Of a stretch of 64,000 bases of DNA, positions 58,722 through 64,000 are shown one piece after another. Position numbers and translations under genes: made by a program. Origin of the DNA: an uncultured candidate division Zixibacteria bacterium (lineage in GTDB: Bacteria; Zixibacteria; MSB-5A5; UBA10806; 4484-95). A model generated the notes under the pieces. It saw nothing but the letters and a program-made list of their open reading frames with translations. It was not told the origin of the DNA and did no database searches. The stretch lies in the NCBI GenBank assembly GCA_963668625.2, contig CAXXKA010000001.1:448001-512000 (forward strand). Reading direction: 5' to 3'. Positions within the stretch are counted from its first letter, which is position 1. Each line of letters opens with the position of its first letter.

Positions 58722-60407
58722 TTAATGCATCTCAATATAACCGCACGGGCAATTTTCGGCGCATTTTTTACATCCATTACAGAATTCCAATTTAAACTTA
58801 TATTCACCGCCACGTTCAAACGGTTTTAATACCGCGTTATCCTGGCAGAAACTCCAGCAAGTGCCGCAATCGAAACACAGACCGCAGCTCATACATCGTT
58901 TTGCCTCACCAACGGCCTCATCGGTAGACCAGGTACTGGTTATCTCGGCGGTTAAGTTTTTGAGCCGTTCGGCGACTTCCATATCGTGTTTGCCGGTGCG
59001 TTCTTTGCCCTCGTAATAGCCATGAGCCATTTTGTCCATCTTGATGATATCCATCGGAGCAGGGGAGGACATAGCTTCACCGGTGATATTTTCGTGAATA
59101 GCCTCGGCGGCCATACGGCCATGATAGATAGCATCGATAGCTATACCGAGATTGATATTGTCACCGCCCGAGTAGAGATTTTCCTCTTTGGTTTTGAATT
59201 TCTCGTCGACTTTAATCCAGTCCTTGCCCTCGATCAAGTTCTCGAAACCGGTGAAATCCGGGGCCTGGCTGATAGCAGCGATCAAGGTGGAGAACTCGAG
59301 ATCGAAAGTATCGCCTTCGATCGGTACGGGACGACGTCTGCCGGATGAATCGGGCTCGCCGAGTTCCATGCGTTGGCATTTCATGCCTGTAGCTTTGCCG
59401 TTTTCGGCGTAAATCTCGATCGGGGCGGCCAGCAGATGTATCTCGACATCCTCTTCTCTGGCGCCGGTGATCTCCTCGTCGATAGCCGGCATCTCGGCCT
59501 CGGTACGACGGTAGAGAATCGTGGCTTTAGCTCCGAGCCTTCTGGCGACGCGCGCGGCATCGATAGCGGTATCACCACCGCCGACCACGACTACCTTATC
59601 GCCAACCTCGACTGTTTCGCCGGCGTTAACCTTATGCAAGAAATCGGTACCGGTCCAGACATTGTCGGCATCCTCGCCCTCGATACGAAGCTTGTAACCT
59701 TTATGCGCGCCCAGGCTGACGAATATCGCTTTGTATTCTTTCTGAAGATCAGCGTAGGGGATATCCTTGCCGACTATGGTGTCGAGCTTCAGCTCCACAC
59801 CCATATCGGTGATACGCCCGATTTCTTTATCGAGGATATCGCCGGGGAGGCGGTAATCCGGGATACCATAGCGAAGCATGCCGCCTGATTTCGGGAACGC
59901 CTCGAATACCGTAACCTGGTAACCGCGCCGGGCAAGGTGATAAGCGGCCGACATACCGGCCGGGCCTGAACCGATGATAGCGATCTTCTCGGAGCGTTTC
60001 TCCTCGTTAATCATGATCGGTTTCAAACCATGCTCGAGGCCGTAATCGCCCAGGTATCTTTCGAACGAGTTGATCCCAACCGCGCCCTCTTTTTCTTTAC
60101 GATTACAGTCACCTTCACAGGGGTGAGGGCAGACACGTCCGCAAGTGGAGGGGAATGGTTGAGTTTCGAGGAAGATATAGAAAGCTTGTTTGATCATCTC
60201 GTCGATATCTCTGCCAAACTCTTCAGCTCTTGAAACTGCAGTCAGGGCTTCCCTGATGTTATTGCCGTTGGGGCAAGCATTAATACATGGCGGGAGCTTT
60301 TCAACGAATTTCGGTCGCAGTGGAGAAGTCTCTACGCCGGATCCGCCGCCGGCACTGCGCAGGCTTTTTAAGCCTTTCTTTTTCTTTTTGACTACTTTTT
60401 TTGCCAT
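58722..60407 (-). CDS. dsrL: DsrL iron-sulfur flavoprotein, DsrL-2-like (NADP(H)-type)
   Basis: GltD-like core (CINACP, GRVCPHPCE..CNR, GSGPAG, GGGDTAID, YRR) plus C-terminal RCMSCGLCFDCGTCW and CNGCKKCAENCPCG ferredoxin; inside the dsr operon. Confidence 0.92.
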   Translation of the reverse strand: MAKKVVKKKKKGLKSLRSAGGGSGVETSPLRPKFVEKLPPCINACPNGNNIREALTAVSRAEEFGRDIDEMIKQAFYIFLETQPFPSTCGRVCPHPCEGDCNRKEKEGAVGINSFERYLGDYGLEHGLKPIMINEEKRSEKIAIIGSGPAGMSAAYHLARRGYQVTVFEAFPKSGGMLRYGIPDYRLPGDILDKEIGRITDMGVELKLDTIVGKDIPYADLQKEYKAIFVSLGAHKGYKLRIEGEDADNVWTGTDFLHKVNAGETVEVGDKVVVVGGGDTAIDAARVARRLGAKATILYRRTEAEMPAIDEEITGAREEDVEIHLLAAPIEIYAENGKATGMKCQRMELGEPDSSGRRRPVPIEGDTFDLEFSTLIAAISQAPDFTGFENLIEGKDWIKVDEKFKTKEENLYSGGDNINLGIAIDAIYHGRMAAEAIHENITGEAMSSPAPMDIIKMDKMAHGYYEGKERTGKHDMEVAERLKNLTAEITSTWSTDEAVGEAKRCMSCGLCFDCGTCWSFCQDNAVLKPFERGGEYKFKLEFCNGCKKCAENCPCGYIEMH

Positions 60408-60523
60408 GCTGAATCTCTCTTGTGTTGATTATTATCACGAGCCGGAATATCTTATTATATCAAATTCGATCATCCGGCTACTTTTATTTTTTCTTATTTT
60501 TATCTAAATTCCTTCTTGACTCC

Positions 60524-62014
60524 CTAAATGCTGGAGCTAAGTAATAAATTATCCGGAGCCTGATAGTCATCCGCTATGAAACCGCGAAAGTCACCGCTCT
60601 GGGAATTTTCGCCCGCTCGATCCCGGTATTCACATGCAGCTTTCACGAAATTTACCGCCCAGCCTTTTTCGCCGAGAGCGTGAATATGCATGTAACAGGC
60701 CAGAGTGTTATTAAAAAGCAAGCCGTCACGTTTGTTACCCAACCCGGTACCTTTGCTTAAGCTCAAGCAATTTCGTAATTGCCGGAATCCTGCTTCATCC
60801 TGAATCTCGGCTACTCCGGAGTAGTGAAACTCGTGCCCTTTGATCTGCCCGTTTTCGGCAAAATAAGGGTTTTTGTGGTCGACTGTCGCCGAGGTATAGC
60901 CGTGACCGACGGGCTTTTTATGCATAGTCAAATCAATAGGGAAGACGCCGGCCATGGAGAAGAGCTTACCCTCCCAGCATAACGAGCGCGAAAGATATAT
61001 CAAGCCTCCGCATTCGGCATATATCGGCATTCCCGAAACCGCCGCTTTGCGGACATCGTTCATCATCGCTTTATTGTTTACCAGCTTTTCGGCTTGAGTC
61101 TCAGGGAAACCACCGCCGATATATAGGGCGTCGATTTCCGGTAATTTATTATCATCTATAGAGGAGATACCGATTAACTCGGCGCCCTCTTTTTCGAGAT
61201 ATTCTAAGTTCTCAGGATAGTAGAAAGTGAAAACAGAATCGTTGAAATATCCAATCCTGACTTTCTTCTCATTATTTTCTAAATGTTCATTAACTCTTTC
61301 GAATTCGAGTTCACTTGCATTATTGGCCAATTCAATAATTTTATCGATATTAATATAATTAACCGCGATTTCATCGAGCTTATCGGTGAAACCGGCGTTT
61401 TTATCATATTCGGCGGGGGTAACCAATCCCAGGTGACGGCCGGGAATGATTTCCGAGGCCTCGCCTAATTTTGGTATAGCGCCCAGCACGGGGATGCCGC
61501 AATATTTTTCGATAGTCTGAGTCACGATACTCTGGTGCCGGTTTCCGCCGACCCGGTTTAAAATCACCCCGGCTATTCGTACATCATGGTCAAAATCGAT
61601 AACTCCTTTGACCAGCGCGCCGATTGTCCGGGTAGTCTTGGTAACATCCACAACCAGCACGACAGGGGCCTGCAATAATTTAGCAAGCCCTGCAGTGCTG
61701 TGTGTTCCTAAAACGTCTTTGCCGTCATAGATACCGCGGTTGCCCTCGATGAGGGAGATATCAGAGTTAGCCGCATTAGCGCAAAATGAGGTGTATACCT
61801 CGTTTTCAGGGGCCAGGTAAGTATCGAGATTGCGGCACGATGTGTTAGTGATAAAGCCAAGCCAGGCCGCATCGATATAATCGGGTCCCTTTTTAAACGC
61901 CGATACAGCCAAGCCTCGCCTAACTAAAGCGTTGGCGAGGCTTAAACTGACAATCGTTTTTCCAGAATCACCGGAAAGTCCGGCGATTAAAATCCGCGAT
62001 AGACTAGTCGCCAT
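60524..62014 (-). CDS. dsrN: DsrN siroheme amidase (cobyrinate a,c-diamide synthase family)
   Basis: GDSGKT, FKKGPDYID, IEGNRG, GGGFPE, AECGG, GHEFHY; follows dsrD. Confidence 0.9.
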   Translation of the reverse strand: MATSLSRILIAGLSGDSGKTIVSLSLANALVRRGLAVSAFKKGPDYIDAAWLGFITNTSCRNLDTYLAPENEVYTSFCANAANSDISLIEGNRGIYDGKDVLGTHSTAGLAKLLQAPVVLVVDVTKTTRTIGALVKGVIDFDHDVRIAGVILNRVGGNRHQSIVTQTIEKYCGIPVLGAIPKLGEASEIIPGRHLGLVTPAEYDKNAGFTDKLDEIAVNYINIDKIIELANNASELEFERVNEHLENNEKKVRIGYFNDSVFTFYYPENLEYLEKEGAELIGISSIDDNKLPEIDALYIGGGFPETQAEKLVNNKAMMNDVRKAAVSGMPIYAECGGLIYLSRSLCWEGKLFSMAGVFPIDLTMHKKPVGHGYTSATVDHKNPYFAENGQIKGHEFHYSGVAEIQDEAGFRQLRNCLSLSKGTGLGNKRDGLLFNNTLACYMHIHALGEKGWAVNFVKAACEYRDRAGENSQSGDFRGFIADDYQAPDNLLLSSSI

Positions 62015-62037
62015 AGCTAAGAATACTCAACGCCAAC

Positions 62038-62283
62038 TTAATCGTTAGCGGCACCTTCTGTATGTGGCAACTCGATGAAACTTCCACCGAAATAAGTGTA
62101 AACACATCTGCCGGAGTTGATCAAAACTTTGATGGCTTCTTTGCACATCTTTTTGTCAACTTCGCCCTCAAACATCTGCATGATGGTTTTAGTGAGGTCC
62201 ATCGGTTTTAGTTTCTTCTGTCCTTGAGCGTCGCTAACCATTTTGAACATAGCATCAGCGATTTCATCAACTGTTTTAGCCAT
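62038..62283 (-). CDS. dsrD: DsrD
   Basis: Small winged-helix-like protein directly after dsrB; K.AIK.LINSGRCVYTYFGGSFIELP. Confidence 0.85.
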   Translation of the reverse strand: MAKTVDEIADAMFKMVSDAQGQKKLKPMDLTKTIMQMFEGEVDKKMCKEAIKVLINSGRCVYTYFGGSFIELPHTEGAAND

Positions 62284-62294
62284 AAGGCACATCC

Positions 62295-63377
62295 TTAAAA
62301 GGTTAAGTGAGTAGACCTCTTAAATGTTAAACCGGCATGTTTGAAATCATCAATATGTTCCTTCTGGAACTCGATGCCGGAAAGTTTAAAGAATTTAGGC
62401 CAACCGATTCTCTCGATCCATTCGCCCATTCTTTCATATTTCTTGGCGTGTGTAGCCCAGAGCTCGACTAAGTTTCTGACAGCCGTGGTAACCTCTGGCC
62501 AGCGCGGAGGATTGTTCGGGATGAACGGAATAGCCAGCTTCGAGAACATCGGCTCGTGACGAGCATTGGAGACCTTGCCACCAACCCAGATCGAAACGCC
62601 GTCGTTCAACGGATCGTTCAAGGTCATCGCGGGGCAAACCGTGAAACAGTTAGCGCAGAACATGCATTGCTCTTCGAGAACCTCAACCGACGGATTACCA
62701 TCCACGGTGGCGGGACGAATAGCGGCGGTAGGGCAGGAGGCGCTAACGTTCGGGATTTCGCAGACCTTCTTCAAGTTGGCATGGTCAATTTTGGGCGGGC
62801 GACGGTGAATACCCAGAATAGCGATATCCGAGCAGTGTACCGCACCGCACATGTTCAAACAGCAAGCCAGGGCAATACGAAGTTTGCCGGGGAGCTTGGT
62901 TTCCGTGAAATATTCGATTAAGTCATCCATGACGCATTTAACGAGGCCGGAGGCATCGGTTGCGGCCGAGTGACAGTGCACCCAACCCTGCGTGTGGACG
63001 ATAGCCGAAATGGCGTTGCCGATACCGCCGACCGGGTGACCCATATCATCCAGGTCTTTAATCAGCGGGTCGATATTCGCGCTTTCGGTAAGCAAGAATT
63101 CTACATTGTGACGGCTGGTGAAACGGATATGTCCGCCGCAGTATTTGTCGGCCAGATCACAATACATACGAATTTTATCGATACTTAAGAGCCTGCCGGA
63201 GGCGGATCTTACTGTGAAAAGTTTGGCCCCGCTTTCGGACACATGAACCATTACGCCCGGTTTCATCAATTCATGGTATTTCCATTTACCATAGTTTTCT
63301 TTGATAATGGGCGGTAAGAATTGCTCATAATGTGGGGGACCAAAATCAGTCCGTCTTTCTTGAGCTGCTTCTGCCAT
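62295..63377 (-). CDS. dsrB: Dissimilatory sulfite reductase beta subunit
   Basis: [52 protein letters not shown]. Confidence 0.98.
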   Translation of the reverse strand: MAEAAQERRTDFGPPHYEQFLPPIIKENYGKWKYHELMKPGVMVHVSESGAKLFTVRSASGRLLSIDKIRMYCDLADKYCGGHIRFTSRHNVEFLLTESANIDPLIKDLDDMGHPVGGIGNAISAIVHTQGWVHCHSAATDASGLVKCVMDDLIEYFTETKLPGKLRIALACCLNMCGAVHCSDIAILGIHRRPPKIDHANLKKVCEIPNVSASCPTAAIRPATVDGNPSVEVLEEQCMFCANCFTVCPAMTLNDPLNDGVSIWVGGKVSNARHEPMFSKLAIPFIPNNPPRWPEVTTAVRNLVELWATHAKKYERMGEWIERIGWPKFFKLSGIEFQKEHIDDFKHAGLTFKRSTHLTF

Positions 63378-63423
63378 AATCTTTCCTCTATCTTTAATTA
63401 GTTATTACCTAGTTAATGGTTAA

Positions 63424-63999
63424 TTAACCTTCAGCTTCTTCCTCGTCGTCGTCGCCTTCTTCATAGTACTCTTCATAGAATACATAAGGATTTTCACGAG
63501 GATTGGCTACCATCTCGGCACAGGGCTCGAGTTCGATAGCATCGAGGAAATTACCCATGCCTACGCGCTGAATAAACTCACCGACTCTTTCACGGTTTTT
63601 GCCTTCCTCACACCAGACATCCCAGATTCTCTCGGTAAGGTCTTTAATCTCCTGATACGGGGGCTCCATCTTTATGAACGGTATGATAACCGAGGATAAG
63701 AGAGCGCCTTCGATAATCGGGGCTTTCGCGCCGAGAAGGATGGTGGCGCCGCGGTCTTTACCGGGACGAAGAGCTTTCGGCATAACGTTTATGCAGTGCA
63801 TGCAGTGACGGCAATATTCGTTTTCGATATTGAGCTCTTTGCCATCCCAGGCCATACATTTACCGGGGCAGCGAAGGACAACGTCATTAACCATATCCAT
63901 GCCCTTGTCGGCATACTCTTTTACGGCATCCTGATCGACCTGGATGTCGTCACGCCAGGTACCGATGATGGACATGTCGGAACGAGCGATAGAGGCTAC
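63424..63999 (-). CDS. dsrA: Dissimilatory sulfite reductase alpha subunit, 5' part outside the window
   Basis: Open to the window edge: [44 protein letters not shown]. Confidence 0.97.
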   Translation of the reverse strand, partial: VASIARSDMSIIGTWRDDIQVDQDAVKEYADKGMDMVNDVVLRCPGKCMAWDGKELNIENEYCRHCMHCINVMPKALRPGKDRGATILLGAKAPIIEGALLSSVIIPFIKMEPPYQEIKDLTERIWDVWCEEGKNRERVGEFIQRVGMGNFLDAIELEPCAEMVANPRENPYVFYEEYYEEGDDDEEEAEG

Positions 64000-64000
64000 G

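Noticed and set aside
58722-60407. Glutamate synthase small subunit (gltD)
   Set aside because: C-terminal ferredoxin and dsr context identify DsrL; no gltB
60524-62014. cbiA/cobB of cobalamin synthesis
   Set aside because: Position after dsrD and absence of other cob genes favour DsrN
44671-63188. Many plus-strand ORFs opposite hem and dsr genes
   Set aside because: Antisense shadows of strongly supported genes with no motifs

Overview
A bacterial chromosomal window, most likely from the FCB superphylum and most consistent with a candidate Zixibacteria lineage. This is an inference from dockerin-tagged and NYPNPFN-tagged secreted proteins occurring together with dsrD and a DsrL-2-type gene. 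The right third (about 44-64 kb, minus strand) is one co-oriented supercluster: dsrA (truncated by the window edge)-dsrB-dsrD-dsrN-dsrL-dsrC-dsrT-dsrMKJOP, then a CoA-disulfide reductase/rhodanese fusion, then a complete Glu-tRNA-to-siroheme pathway (hemA, sirC/cysG-N, hemC, cobA-hemD, hemB, hemL). The left two thirds are rich in large acidic secreted proteins carrying one of two mutually exclusive C-terminal tags. Three carry a Cys-containing dockerin-like module, and one of these also has a cohesin-like domain. Five tandem genes carry a T9SS-A-like NYPNPFN domain. Also present: C1, C11 and two S8 peptidases, CstA, a eukaryotic-type citrate synthase, a ferredoxin/geranylgeranyl-reductase pair, rpsT/murJ/waaF, tRNA-Gly(GCC), tRNA-Phe(GAA), and two AT-rich orphan genes (a GIY-YIG-like gene and an HTH+DUF5677-like gene). 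Intergenic DNA holds several small repeat families: a MITE with a target-site duplication, REP doublets with compensatory changes, an exact 134-bp tandem duplication, and a ~75-nt structured element found in sense orientation upstream of two unrelated genes. All family assignments come from motif recognition by eye; no database search was run.
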